From a virus (Duplodnaviria > Caudoviricetes): a stretch of 64,000 bases of DNA. This document shows, piece after piece, positions 26,843-36,835 of the stretch. A program made the translations under genes and the position numbers. The notes beneath the pieces are model-generated. The model was given only the letters and a program-made list of their open reading frames with translations. It was not told the origin of the DNA and did not search any database. Each line of letters begins with the position of its first letter. The first letter of the stretch is position 1. Location of the stretch: the IMG/VR virus record IMGVR_UViG_3300045285_000115, positions 4,053 to 68,052 of that record; one strand, written 5' to 3'.

Positions 26843-29800
26843 TTACTGATTACAGAACTCTGTGATGTAGACCACGCCGGGCGCACCCGCACCAGCAGAT
26901 AAAGCCGCACCGCCAGAAATTTGCCCACTACCGCCGCCGCCACCACCATAGTTCAGACCAGCGGAGCCAGTGCCAATACCAGCCGCTCCTGGCCCACCGC
27001 CTCCCATACCTCCACCGGAAGCCCCACCATTGCCAGCCATCAGCGCGTTTCCATCGTTACCGAATGCGCCAGTGCCACCGTTACCGCCTGCCAGCACGTC
27101 TCCTATAGTTGCGGTCCCCCCAGCGCCGCCTGCGGCTTGCGCCCATACTGCGGCGCCGGCATTTCCTCCTGCCCCAACACCACCACCGGCCGAGCAAAGC
27201 GTCCCAACTGAGGTCGTTCCGCCATTGCCTCCTGCATTATTCCCGGCCGTTGGCGCAGCGCCAGCAGCACCAATCGTAACTGTTTTAGAAGCCCCAACCG
27301 CCGCAGCCGTTACCGTCTTACGGGCATAAGCGCCTCCGCCGCCTCCTCCCGTGGCAGCAGCATTGCTCCCGACTGGACCGGCGCATCCACCACCAGCACC
27401 ACCGCCACCTACACACTCTATTGTCGCATAGAGCATCCCCGCCGACGGCGTGTAGGTGCCATTGGCGGTGAAGGTTTGGACCTTTACAGTTTGAATTAGC
27501 TTCAACGGCGCAACGGTAAATTGTGCGTAGGTAAGTGCGTCCGTCCCGACCGTGTTCACCGTCGAAGTGATCACCCACTGAGTGGTCGCGTTCACCGTCC
27601 CACTAACTACCGGGATTGCCCCCGTAAAGTTAATGTCTGAGGGTTGGTCGTAGTCGAGCGCGCGAGTCAGTATCCACGGAAGCACACCAGCAATACCAAG
27701 CTGCGTAACGTTGTAGACGCCATTCTGGAATGCGCTCGCTTGATTCTTCACGAGAATGCGATCATTCAGTAGAGGCGTATAGCCATCCACCACTAGAACG
27801 GCATTCGCCCCTGCCGTCAGAGTCGCCCCTATTCCACTCACGCCATTGTTGTATGTCGGCGTGTTGGGGAGCACAGTCGTCGTAGCCGCCGACACAGCGA
27901 CCGCCGGATTGACGGCCGCAATGGCATTATTGATTGCCGTAGTGACGAAGGCGTCAGTGGCAACCTTTGTAGAATTGTCTCCTGCTGCCTGAGTCGTTGC
28001 AGTGAGAACACTCGGATTAGGATATGTCCCTCCGAGATCGCCGCCAGCCGTGCCACCCTGCTGTGCCGTCGAAATCGTGCCAAGCAAATCGCTAAAATTG
28101 AGTGATCCTTTGCCGCCGACGACGGTAAAATTGGAAACACCATCACACTCTAGCAAAACGAAACCGCGCGCCCGGTTAATTACGACGGATGCCGCCCCTC
28201 CGTTGATGGTGTCCGGCAACGTACTATTTGGCGCGACAGAAAGTGTGTTTGAGGCTGTCACCCCGCCAAAATCGTCGCTAACTAATATCAGCGCCCCCGG
28301 TGGATAATATATCGCTTGGTCGAGCGTCCACGTTCGTGCTAAAGTGAATGCAGCATTAGTAACAAAAACGTTAAGCAATGCACTATTAGATTTCAGCCCA
28401 TTATTTGCATTTCCAAACGCTGTTCGATTAGGTTGCGGCCAGTATTTGTACTCTATAGACCCCCCCACCAATCCAGTTATAATATCTTGATACACCGCCA
28501 GCACGCCGCCAATTGCTATTGGTCTATCCGAACCCGGACCGGCCCCAAATGTCCTGACAGAAAACACATTCGTTCCGGTGTTTGCTATAAGGAACAATCG
28601 ACCCACAGCGAGGCTGCCGAACAAATTCATCTGCGGCAAAGTGATAATTAAACTCTGCGCAGTGGCGCTGATATTCAAAAGCCCCGGCGGTGTATTCGGT
28701 ATTTGGTAGTTAACCCCAGTTAGGACCGCTGCTTGTGGCTGCGGTATAACAGTTTGGTTGTACGCATCGATATAAGTATAAAGTGCGGGGTTCGCCGTGG
28801 CGAAGTACGTGGCTCCGTAGATTTTACTACCGGGTCCATCCGGTGTGGAGAACGTCGTCCCCTGGATGTCGAAATGCGTGCCGTCGATAACCGTAATCGC
28901 CCTTGCCAAGGCATCGCCGGTCACGTCGCCAACGAAGTCGAGCACCATATTGTTGACGAACTGCGAGGTGTCTGTGCACTGGACGCGGATAACTCCCGCC
29001 GTCCCGCTTGAGGTGGAGACGACGCCACCGCCAACTTCCTGCGCCGGGTCGTGCAGTTGCAGCCACGTCTTGTACGTGGCGTTGATGTTTGCGATGAACG
29101 AGCCGGGCGAATTGCCAGGATCTTCCGAGAATACTTGAGTGCCAGGATTGGTGTCACCGCAAACGAAGTAATTGTGCAGGGCCAAGGCAACCGTAGAGCT
29201 TCCAACTACGGTGTGGGTTCCATTCGCTGTGTCATTGGCAGTAAGGGCAAGCGTCACCGATTGGCCAGGTGGAATGTTTGCAGATGTAGTTTTCCACGGC
29301 GGCGCTCCCGAGACCCCATCTTGCAGAAGGAGCGCCAGCGGCCCCTTGGAGAGGGGATGGTTGGTGATCGTGAACGGCACGCCGATTGGCCACGAATGCG
29401 GCTGGTTCATCGGAGGCAGCACGACATTCTGTACTGAAGTCGACGTGCTCTTAATGATCGTGTTCCCCTTCAGGGGATTCGTCAGTGTACCCGGCGCCTG
29501 CTGAGTCGGAGCAGCCCATGGCGTGGTCGTCGGTATATTCGCTGTCGCTAAAGTGTTGTTCCGTGCAGCCATTGCAGCGTTCGTGGCAAAATACTCGCCG
29601 CGATCGATCACGCCGTTCACAAAACCGCCGGAGACGAACGCCGACGACAAGTCCACCAGGGTGCCACTGACAACCGTTATCGTTGCGGTCCCGTCCGCCG
29701 CCGTGCCGGTGTTTTGCACCACCCAGGCGTCGCCGTTCATCATTAAGCTGGTGTCAGAAACAGAAAGGCGGTTCTTGCCAGAGCCGTTGTTGGCAACATT

Positions 29801-29983
29801 GGACACGACAATCTGCTGGCCATTAGGGAGCTTAAATTTGCTTCCGCCATTAGCCACCCACGACAAATAGTTCGCGCTCGTATTACTGACGTACTGACCA
29901 GTTGAATTTTCAAACACCGTAGTCAGCGGGTTTCTGTCGCCGACGACAGAGTACCACGTGGTAGGGTAAACAGGCGTGACCAT
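26843..29983 (-). CDS. tail fibre / receptor-binding protein
   Basis: 1046 aa, T/G/V/N-rich; DRILVKNQ...QNGVY domain; Gly-rich C-terminus. Confidence 0.8.
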   Translation of the reverse strand: MVTPVYPTTWYSVVGDRNPLTTVFENSTGQYVSNTSANYLSWVANGGSKFKLPNGQQIVVSNVANNGSGKNRLSVSDTSLMMNGDAWVVQNTGTAADGTATITVVSGTLVDLSSAFVSGGFVNGVIDRGEYFATNAAMAARNNTLATANIPTTTPWAAPTQQAPGTLTNPLKGNTIIKSTSTSVQNVVLPPMNQPHSWPIGVPFTITNHPLSKGPLALLLQDGVSGAPPWKTTSANIPPGQSVTLALTANDTANGTHTVVGSSTVALALHNYFVCGDTNPGTQVFSEDPGNSPGSFIANINATYKTWLQLHDPAQEVGGGVVSTSSGTAGVIRVQCTDTSQFVNNMVLDFVGDVTGDALARAITVIDGTHFDIQGTTFSTPDGPGSKIYGATYFATANPALYTYIDAYNQTVIPQPQAAVLTGVNYQIPNTPPGLLNISATAQSLIITLPQMNLFGSLAVGRLFLIANTGTNVFSVRTFGAGPGSDRPIAIGGVLAVYQDIITGLVGGSIEYKYWPQPNRTAFGNANNGLKSNSALLNVFVTNAAFTLARTWTLDQAIYYPPGALILVSDDFGGVTASNTLSVAPNSTLPDTINGGAASVVINRARGFVLLECDGVSNFTVVGGKGSLNFSDLLGTISTAQQGGTAGGDLGGTYPNPSVLTATTQAAGDNSTKVATDAFVTTAINNAIAAVNPAVAVSAATTTVLPNTPTYNNGVSGIGATLTAGANAVLVVDGYTPLLNDRILVKNQASAFQNGVYNVTQLGIAGVLPWILTRALDYDQPSDINFTGAIPVVSGTVNATTQWVITSTVNTVGTDALTYAQFTVAPLKLIQTVKVQTFTANGTYTPSAGMLYATIECVGGGGAGGGCAGPVGSNAAATGGGGGGAYARKTVTAAAVGASKTVTIGAAGAAPTAGNNAGGNGGTTSVGTLCSAGGGVGAGGNAGAAVWAQAAGGAGGTATIGDVLAGGNGGTGAFGNDGNALMAGNGGASGGGMGGGGPGAAGIGTGSAGLNYGGGGGGSGQISGGAALSAGAGAPGVVYITEFCNQ

Positions 29984-29995
29984 TTTTTGTTTCTT

Positions 29996-31039
29996 CTATG
30001 GACCGACGCGGATGAGGCTCAAATTGTTCAAGCTCCCGTCCAGCCCTGTTGCCTGTGAAGTCGGTATTCCTGGGTTGTTCACTATGGGCGCGACCAGCCC
30101 CGCCAGCACATCCGACGTGCCGTTAAATGACACAGTGGCGGTGAGCGCCGCCGCTCCTTCGCCGCTTGCGCCCGAAATCACGCGCGCTTGAAAGAACCCA
30201 TTTCTTGTGACACCTACGTCAACCTGCACTACCGATCCGATGCAGTACCCGTTGCAAACACACTGGTACGTGCCAGGAACATTCGGTTGAATGCTCGATC
30301 CCACACGGATGCCGTCGTTGTCAGAAACAACTGTGTCATAAGGAATTACGCTGAACCCGCCGTTGGGGATGTTCACGTTGCCGATTAAGGACAGCTTGCA
30401 GTAATTCGACGGCAGCGTGAACGGAGCGAGGTCTATCTGAGTCGGATTGGCGGCCCAGGTTCCGGCCGTCGCCTGATTGGAGACACAGCGCGCGAGGGGA
30501 TAATAGGGAATAGCACCCGTACCACCGCCACAATAAAGCGTGCTTGCGCTCGTCGAGCCAGAAGTAAGCGCCGCGCATGCTCTTGTTCGAACTGACAAAT
30601 CAAAGAGCGGCGTTCCGACTGCTAGTAGCGGCGTTCCTCCAAAGTTTACTATATAAAGAATGATCTGCTGATTACGATTTGAGACATGCCCTAATGTAGC
30701 GCCCGACGGAATAGTAACCTGCGACCCAGGATTACCTGCTGAGGTCATTTGCACGACAACATAATTACCAAGTGCCGCAGTGCTATTTCTAAAAATAAAG
30801 GTAACTGGATCGCTCGCCGATGGATCGGCGCCTGCAAGCGTCTTAATGGCAAGAGTCAGTGCGGAACCGGCAACCGAGGCAACCACGGTGCCGTTCGCCA
30901 TAGTAACGAACGGACCCAATGCTTGGGCCGCAGAAGTCGCAACGGCCGCGGTAATAAACGCCGTCGAAGCCGCGCGATTATCCGAGGTACCGCGCGGGGC
31001 GGTAGGGACGATCCAATTGGGGTTGAGGCGACCGACCAT
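29996..31039 (-). CDS. tail fibre-like structural protein
   Basis: beta-rich, ASTAFITAAV repeat typical of fibres. Confidence 0.7.
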   Translation of the reverse strand: MVGRLNPNWIVPTAPRGTSDNRAASTAFITAAVATSAAQALGPFVTMANGTVVASVAGSALTLAIKTLAGADPSASDPVTFIFRNSTAALGNYVVVQMTSAGNPGSQVTIPSGATLGHVSNRNQQIILYIVNFGGTPLLAVGTPLFDLSVRTRACAALTSGSTSASTLYCGGGTGAIPYYPLARCVSNQATAGTWAANPTQIDLAPFTLPSNYCKLSLIGNVNIPNGGFSVIPYDTVVSDNDGIRVGSSIQPNVPGTYQCVCNGYCIGSVVQVDVGVTRNGFFQARVISGASGEGAAALTATVSFNGTSDVLAGLVAPIVNNPGIPTSQATGLDGSLNNLSLIRVGP

Positions 31040-31070
31040 GATGACGCCGCAACGTTAAACTGATTCGCCC

Positions 31071-31520
31071 TCAATATGGGGAAGTGGCAATCGTCAAAGC
31101 CCCGGTTGTCCCCGCCTGAACGGCGGCGGTCCAGGCAAAGGCGGCAACCGCCCCCGCCACCGGAAGATAGTCATAGGGCAGGATCACCCAGCCCCCGCCG
31201 GGGCTAGTAAAGGTCGCCCCCAAGGTCGAAGGCGAGACGATCACGGCCGTTGCCGACATCGGGTTATGGAACAGGATGCCCGTGCGAGGAAAGGCGGAGG
31301 TATCGGCTGAAAGCACGGTTGTTGCCGCCGTCCCGATCGCGTTGAAGGCCAGGGTGGTGCCGATCGCGAGCGCATTGGAGCGGTAGGCGATGTTATTCTG
31401 CTGGCCCAGATTCTGCGCGATCGCCTGGAGCTTGGAGACGGCATCGGACAGCGACCCGTCGCCGCCCCCGCCCTGCCACGGGGGCGTCCAGGCTGGGGCT
31501 TGCGTGCTGGCGTCGGCCAT
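31071..31520 (-). CDS. structural protein
   Basis: 149 aa in tail module. Confidence 0.7.
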   Translation of the reverse strand: MADASTQAPAWTPPWQGGGGDGSLSDAVSKLQAIAQNLGQQNNIAYRSNALAIGTTLAFNAIGTAATTVLSADTSAFPRTGILFHNPMSATAVIVSPSTLGATFTSPGGGWVILPYDYLPVAGAVAAFAWTAAVQAGTTGALTIATSPY

Positions 31521-31550
31521 TGAAGATTACCGGAACAAGTCGGGAAGAAC

Positions 31551-31596
31551 GGTGACCGATGATTCTTTCCTATTCGCTCCCCTCTCATGAACCAAA
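31551..31596 (+). repeat. bipartite intergenic repeat copy
   Basis: GGTGACCG-N26-TCATGAACCAAA. Confidence 0.85.
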
Positions 31597-31603
31597 TTCT
31601 TCA

Positions 31604-33667
31604 CTACGCCCTCCCATCCGGGCGGAAGCGATAACGCACCCGCCCCAACCTGCTGAACGAACCGAGATCATTTCCCGATACCGTGATGGACATCTGCCGT
31701 CCGCGCAACGCAACGGACAGATACTGCACCGAGGAATTATAAAGATATGGCCCGTAGGTTGTCGGCGTATCGGTCGGATAATTGATGATGTTGAACGTCA
31801 TGTTGATCTGCGCGCCCTGCGATCCGCCATAGGTGCCGAGCTTCCAGTCGGGATAAATCTGGTCGACGAAGAAGAAATCCTCCCCTTCCCCGATGAGAAA
31901 ATAGCCCGTGGTCCATGACCATGACAGAGGCGCGCCGTCGGCGTCGTTGGTCGTCTCATGCTGATAGATGAATCCCGTCGGCGAAGTGGCAATCGGCGCC
32001 CCGAGAATGGTCTGGTCGATCCACGACGATCGCGCCAACTGTGAATTGCCGATGTTGATATCCCACGGCGCTCCCGGTTCGGTGATGTTGAACTTGATGT
32101 GCGAATCGCATTCCCCACTAGACGACGCGGACGAAGGAAACAACCATCCCACCTCGTTGAAGGGAGTATTCGGCATCGCCCGCACATTTTGCACAAACGC
32201 GGTATTGAGATTCTGGAATACCGCATCCCACACCGGGCAGGGAATGACCGACACCGCCCCGCCGGCATAGACAAAGAAGTTATTCGGCCCCCACCAGAAC
32301 ACGGCGCCGCGCAATTGCTGCATGGCGTGCGAAGATACTGCCCCCGCGCCCGCGCCGATCTTATTGAAGCCGTAGACGAACGGCGGCCCCTGGTAGGTCA
32401 TCGCCCAGCAATCGAGGTCGGTCCAAATCAGATTCTGGTTCGGTGCCGCCAAACCGCAAACGATCTTCGATCCGGTTGGAATCCGGTAGGACCCCGCCTG
32501 ATTCGTGGTCAATGGCGTCCACGCCGTATTCGACAGGAAATCCCCGATGGTACACCATTTGACCAGCAGCGGGTCCTGCGCGACGCCGATCGCCTGGGTG
32601 ACGGTAGAGCCCCACAGCACCACGATTTGCTGCGCCATGGATACGAACATGCCGCCATTGAAGATCGGTGCCGTGCGCACCAGGGCCGCATTGGTGTAAC
32701 CCGCAGTCGGATCGTACTGATAAAGCCCGCCGTTCTTCGGGCATTCCAATAATATCTGTCCCCAGTTGTCAGAAGTCCAGTCGGTCGCCGTGATCGGGTT
32801 GCCGGTCAACGACGAGGGCGTAGTGCCGAAGCCGAACCCACCCGAGCCGAACGGCCCGAGACCGAAGCCAGTCCCGACCGCCGGCGGTCCGAGATTGAGA
32901 TAATAGAGCAATTGCGCGCGATCCGCATTCATCGCCGTCGTACCAGCGGCCGTCGCCTGCACGTTCGCGGTGATGTTGAAATCATTGGCATCGATCACCG
33001 AATTGACCGCATAACTACCTTGAATGGTCGCCCCATTCAACGAAGTCGAGATCGGAAACACCACGGTGTTGCCGGCAACCGCGTTGTGATTGTTGATCTG
33101 CACCGCAATCGTCGCGGAATTGGCCGCGCTGGTGAAGATCGGCGTGTGTGCGGTCGTGGTCGTCACTGAGGCCGCAAGCGTATTCTGTATCTGATAGGAA
33201 TTGCTGCCGGTAACGGCCACGATGGGATAAAGCCCCGAGAGCACGATCCCACCGCCGGAAACCGGCGTGTTGAAATAGACCGCATCGAGCACCGTGACGT
33301 TGGTTGCGCTCGCGTCGGAAATCGTCACCGTCGTGTTGGTCGCGGTAAAGATGAAATTTCCCGGCGCGGTAAAATTGCTCGTCAAAATCTGCGGCGTGAT
33401 CACCGCAAGCGAAGTGCTGGTAATCACCCCCAACTGCGTGGTCGATCCGTAGGCGAGATGATTTGTCTGGTTCAAATCCTGCCACGCATGGAGATCGCGC
33501 GGAACGCCGGCTACCGGACTGGCATAATATTTTGCAAAGCCGCCCTGCTTCTGGACGAGCGAATCCTTGAAGCGAATCGCGGTCGACGTGGCAAAACCGG
33601 CTTCGAGCAACGTCGGTGTACGCTCGACATTGACCCCAGGAATGAGACGGACCGACCCGAACGGCAT
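31604..33667 (-). CDS. tail hub/stabilisation protein (P22 gp10-like)
   Basis: 687 aa beta-propeller-like W-rich; MPFGSVRLIPGVN start; GRVRYRFRPDGR end. Confidence 0.7.
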   Translation of the reverse strand: MPFGSVRLIPGVNVERTPTLLEAGFATSTAIRFKDSLVQKQGGFAKYYASPVAGVPRDLHAWQDLNQTNHLAYGSTTQLGVITSTSLAVITPQILTSNFTAPGNFIFTATNTTVTISDASATNVTVLDAVYFNTPVSGGGIVLSGLYPIVAVTGSNSYQIQNTLAASVTTTTAHTPIFTSAANSATIAVQINNHNAVAGNTVVFPISTSLNGATIQGSYAVNSVIDANDFNITANVQATAAGTTAMNADRAQLLYYLNLGPPAVGTGFGLGPFGSGGFGFGTTPSSLTGNPITATDWTSDNWGQILLECPKNGGLYQYDPTAGYTNAALVRTAPIFNGGMFVSMAQQIVVLWGSTVTQAIGVAQDPLLVKWCTIGDFLSNTAWTPLTTNQAGSYRIPTGSKIVCGLAAPNQNLIWTDLDCWAMTYQGPPFVYGFNKIGAGAGAVSSHAMQQLRGAVFWWGPNNFFVYAGGAVSVIPCPVWDAVFQNLNTAFVQNVRAMPNTPFNEVGWLFPSSASSSGECDSHIKFNITEPGAPWDINIGNSQLARSSWIDQTILGAPIATSPTGFIYQHETTNDADGAPLSWSWTTGYFLIGEGEDFFFVDQIYPDWKLGTYGGSQGAQINMTFNIINYPTDTPTTYGPYLYNSSVQYLSVALRGRQMSITVSGNDLGSFSRLGRVRYRFRPDGRA

Positions 33668-34642
33668 CTAAGCCGCCCTGATGAGCCAGATGCCGGTGAC
33701 TTGACCCGGCTGTATGATATTATGAGCCGCACCACCGCCCGTGTTCTGAATGGAAATACCGGTCGAGGCAGCACTGGTATTGCCAGCGCTAGGCGACGCG
33801 CCCCCAGTAAAACCACCCGACCCGAATGTTGCGGCAGAGAGCGATGCGGTAAAAGGATGAGTGTGCGTTGGATCGGTAACGCCGTGACTGTGAGCGGGGA
33901 TTTCGTTGGTCACGAGTGTGTGACTTCCTTCCCCACCGCCCGCGCCTAGCGTATTTCCATCCAAACCACCACTGACTGCCGTGCTCACTCGACCACTTCC
34001 AAGATTGAGCATCACAGGAACGCGCCCGCGCAAATCCGGCACCCCGAAGGTGGTAGCCCCATTGCCGCCGAAGGTCGAGCCGAGCGTTACGCCCAGATTG
34101 GGATAGGCGGAGATGTTGTAGGTCGATCCGTCGCACCCAAGAAACGGCGGCAGGGTTGAAGCCGTGATCCATCCCGGCGTGGTGGCAACGCACATATGTT
34201 GCAAGGCACCCACCAACGGCAGATTACAGTGATAATAATTTGTTCCGTCATTGAACACATGTTGTAGCACCCCCGGCGGCAACCCGATCGCGCTTCCCGC
34301 CCCGTTCGACATGGTGACGACGAAAGAACCGACCGTGCAGTTGTTGTAGACGATATAGAACCCTGGCCGAGTGCAGACGAGAACGTTGTTGCCGCTCAAG
34401 GTTCCCGTGAGTTTGATCACGGCGTTCTGCGACTGCACCGGCCCCGCCGATGGCGTCGGCGTGAATCCGGCCGGCAGGCTCAACGTCGTCGTCGCAGCGG
34501 CGGTCAAGGAAAGAGCAAGAACCCCACCCAACATGCCGTCGAGGGCGTTGGTGTTGGAATTCAGACTCCCGCCCCAGGTCCCGGTATCGGACCCGATGGC
34601 CGGAACGTTCATTCCGGTGTTGCCGCTTTGTGGATCGGCCAT
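33668..34642 (-). CDS. tail collar domain protein
   Basis: FLGCDGS...YPNLG...FGGNGATTFGVPDLRGR. Confidence 0.85.
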   Translation of the reverse strand: MADPQSGNTGMNVPAIGSDTGTWGGSLNSNTNALDGMLGGVLALSLTAAATTTLSLPAGFTPTPSAGPVQSQNAVIKLTGTLSGNNVLVCTRPGFYIVYNNCTVGSFVVTMSNGAGSAIGLPPGVLQHVFNDGTNYYHCNLPLVGALQHMCVATTPGWITASTLPPFLGCDGSTYNISAYPNLGVTLGSTFGGNGATTFGVPDLRGRVPVMLNLGSGRVSTAVSGGLDGNTLGAGGGEGSHTLVTNEIPAHSHGVTDPTHTHPFTASLSAATFGSGGFTGGASPSAGNTSAASTGISIQNTGGGAAHNIIQPGQVTGIWLIRAA

Positions 34643-34645
34643 CGA

Positions 34646-35359
34646 TCAACTCCGTGGCGGCGTTGCGAGCGGCGCCGGTTCCTTCGATGACCAGCCCGCG
34701 CTGGTGAACATCTTGCGCGCTTCCTCGACCTGGGCGGATTTCAACAACGTCTGAAAATGACTCTCCCAGGTGATTGCAGACTTCGGATCATCCGCCGCAA
34801 TGCCGAAGTTCTTCATCGCCCCGTTGGTGAACACCAGCGCGCCCGCCATGAACAGATCGGGCAGGAACACCGTGAGCAATGTCGTGGTGTTTGAGGCCGA
34901 GAGTGGCGCCGGGCGCTGCTCGCCGATCACCTCGACGGTATAGGCCGCATCAGGATAAGGCCCGACGATGATCTGATCCTGCGAACGCATCGCGAAATAC
35001 TGCGGCACGGTCGAACCCGTCGACGAGGGCCAGAGCATGTCGAGTACATCTTCCGATACCGGCACGAGCGCATTGCGCGTCCCCAGTTCGGGATTGGTCT
35101 GCGATGACGGCGTGATCACGTTGACCCGATCGACCACAATGAAGGTGCCGATATTGCTCGGCAGATTCATCAGCCGCGTATTGAGGGAAAACGTCGTAGT
35201 GTCGGCGACCTGTGTCGCGATTAGTGAAAGTTCGCGATAAACCCGCTGTTCCGTGTCATCGATGATGCCCGGCAATACCGCCTGGAAGCGCGCGTCGGTC
35301 GACGGCCACACCACCATGTTGGATAGGGTCGAGACGAAAGAGGAATAGGTGTAGCTCAT
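34646..35359 (-). CDS. head-tail adaptor / tail tubular protein
   Basis: PQYFA...IIVGPYPDAAYTVE; PDLFMAGAL. Confidence 0.7.
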   Translation of the reverse strand: MSYTYSSFVSTLSNMVVWPSTDARFQAVLPGIIDDTEQRVYRELSLIATQVADTTTFSLNTRLMNLPSNIGTFIVVDRVNVITPSSQTNPELGTRNALVPVSEDVLDMLWPSSTGSTVPQYFAMRSQDQIIVGPYPDAAYTVEVIGEQRPAPLSASNTTTLLTVFLPDLFMAGALVFTNGAMKNFGIAADDPKSAITWESHFQTLLKSAQVEEARKMFTSAGWSSKEPAPLATPPRS

Positions 35360-36099
35360 GCGGTGACCGCCGTCCAACCGGTTGAGCCATTGGTGTTGAT
35401 GTAGAGCCGGGACGTGTTTGTCGCGCCGTCGTTGCGGAAGTAGATCGACGACGTTCCGGCCGCCAAGGTCGGGGCGCCGGTCCCGACAAACATGCCGACG
35501 TTCGGCACGGTAAAAATAAACCCGAGCGAAGTCGTTCCGCCGGAAACAACCGGCCCCATGGGAATCGTCGCTTTCGTGACGCTCGAACGATCACGAAACG
35601 CATGGGTCGCTGCTTTATAATAGTTGGTCGGATCGGTCGCATTGCCGAGCACCAAGCCTTGGGCGCCGTCAGGCGCGTAGATCACCGTATAGTTGGTCAA
35701 AAAATTGATGATCGTGGTTGCGTTTATTTCATATCCGATGGCCGTATTGCTGGCGTTGAAAAGCGGCGCCGTGACCGAAGTCGCGAGCGTCGGCGCGCCG
35801 GTGAACAGAAGGCCCGTGCCGGCGGCATTGACCGCCAAAATCTGCGCCGCAACCCCGGCAATCGCAGCCACAGTAGCGCTGGCAGTGCCCGTAACGCCGA
35901 GAACTGAGAGCCCGGATACGGCGGCAAGCTTCCCGATCGAGAAATTACTTTGCGCGAACGAAAGAACCTGATTGAGCGTGAACGCAACCGACGTGCCCGA
36001 CTGCACCGATTCCAATGGCTCGGTCCCGACGATGGTCGTGCCGGGGTTGGCCGCCAGCAACTGCGTCAGGTTGACATTGGCGGGGAGCGCGGTGACCAC
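35356..36099 (-). CDS. structural protein
   Basis: 247 aa T/A-rich; GTGAP...GSIYFRND motif. Confidence 0.7.
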   Translation of the reverse strand: MVTALPANVNLTQLLAANPGTTIVGTEPLESVQSGTSVAFTLNQVLSFAQSNFSIGKLAAVSGLSVLGVTGTASATVAAIAGVAAQILAVNAAGTGLLFTGAPTLATSVTAPLFNASNTAIGYEINATTIINFLTNYTVIYAPDGAQGLVLGNATDPTNYYKAATHAFRDRSSVTKATIPMGPVVSGGTTSLGFIFTVPNVGMFVGTGAPTLAAGTSSIYFRNDGATNTSRLYINTNGSTGWTAVTA

Positions 36100-36100
36100 G

Positions 36101-36457
36101 TTACTCCCCGATCGTGATCCGCTGCGGCGGATTGATATTACCGATGAGCACCCGCACCGACCCGTCCATCGTCACCCGCGTCGACTGTTCCTCATCGATC
36201 GTGTAGTTCTCTACCCGGGCATTCATGATCGAGGGAGGATCGGGCGGGAGAATGAGCGTGCCCAGTTGGCGCTGCGGCTCGTCCAAATAGTCGGTCAGAA
36301 CTAGGCGGCGTTGATTGACCAACGAAGTCCCAGCCCATTCGTACTGCCATTGCAGGTCGTCATGATTCCCAAGAAAGCCCGTCCTGTCGCAAGTGGCCCA
36401 GGCCCGCGGACTGTCGGGATCGGTGATCGTGTGCTTGGGATGCGGGCGCCAGGACAT
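36101..36457 (-). CDS. conserved phage structural-module protein
   Basis: AWATCDRTGF...DEPQRQ motif. Confidence 0.75.
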   Translation of the reverse strand: MSWRPHPKHTITDPDSPRAWATCDRTGFLGNHDDLQWQYEWAGTSLVNQRRLVLTDYLDEPQRQLGTLILPPDPPSIMNARVENYTIDEEQSTRVTMDGSVRVLIGNINPPQRITIGE

Positions 36458-36460
36458 ATG

Positions 36461-36832
36461 TCATGCGGCTTTCGTTTTCATCACCGACTTATCGCTGATG
36501 AGAAGGCGCAAATAGACCTTGCAACGCGAATGATCCTCAATCCACTCCAACTCCGGTTTGACGCGCCAAAAAAGCGTACCTATGCGCTCACGCGCATAAT
36601 CTTCAAAACACTTCAGCGCGGACATTACGGCGGTTTCTTCATCGAACGCCAACTCCCGCCGCTTGCCTTCGTCGATGGTTCCTGGAATCTGCGGTAGTCC
36701 GTCGCGATGATCCTGCGCCCCGATCACGACATAAGGTTCCCCGGTCACCGAAAGCGCACAGTCGGTCGATTCTCCCACCGGAAAACGCGCCTCGATTTCC
36801 TTGACCAACCACTCAATGTTAATTTGGTTCAT
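36461..36832 (-). CDS. hypothetical protein (moron-like insert)
   Basis: 123 aa, charged composition unlike neighbours. Confidence 0.7.
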   Translation of the reverse strand: MNQINIEWLVKEIEARFPVGESTDCALSVTGEPYVVIGAQDHRDGLPQIPGTIDEGKRRELAFDEETAVMSALKCFEDYARERIGTLFWRVKPELEWIEDHSRCKVYLRLLISDKSVMKTKAA

Positions 36833-36835
36833 CCG

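Noticed and set aside
25650-31596. Invertible tail-fibre segment bounded by the repeats at 25650(-) and 31551(+)
   Set aside because: A degenerate partner at 25744 already pairs with 25650, whole genes rather than gene halves are enclosed, and no invertase is visible.
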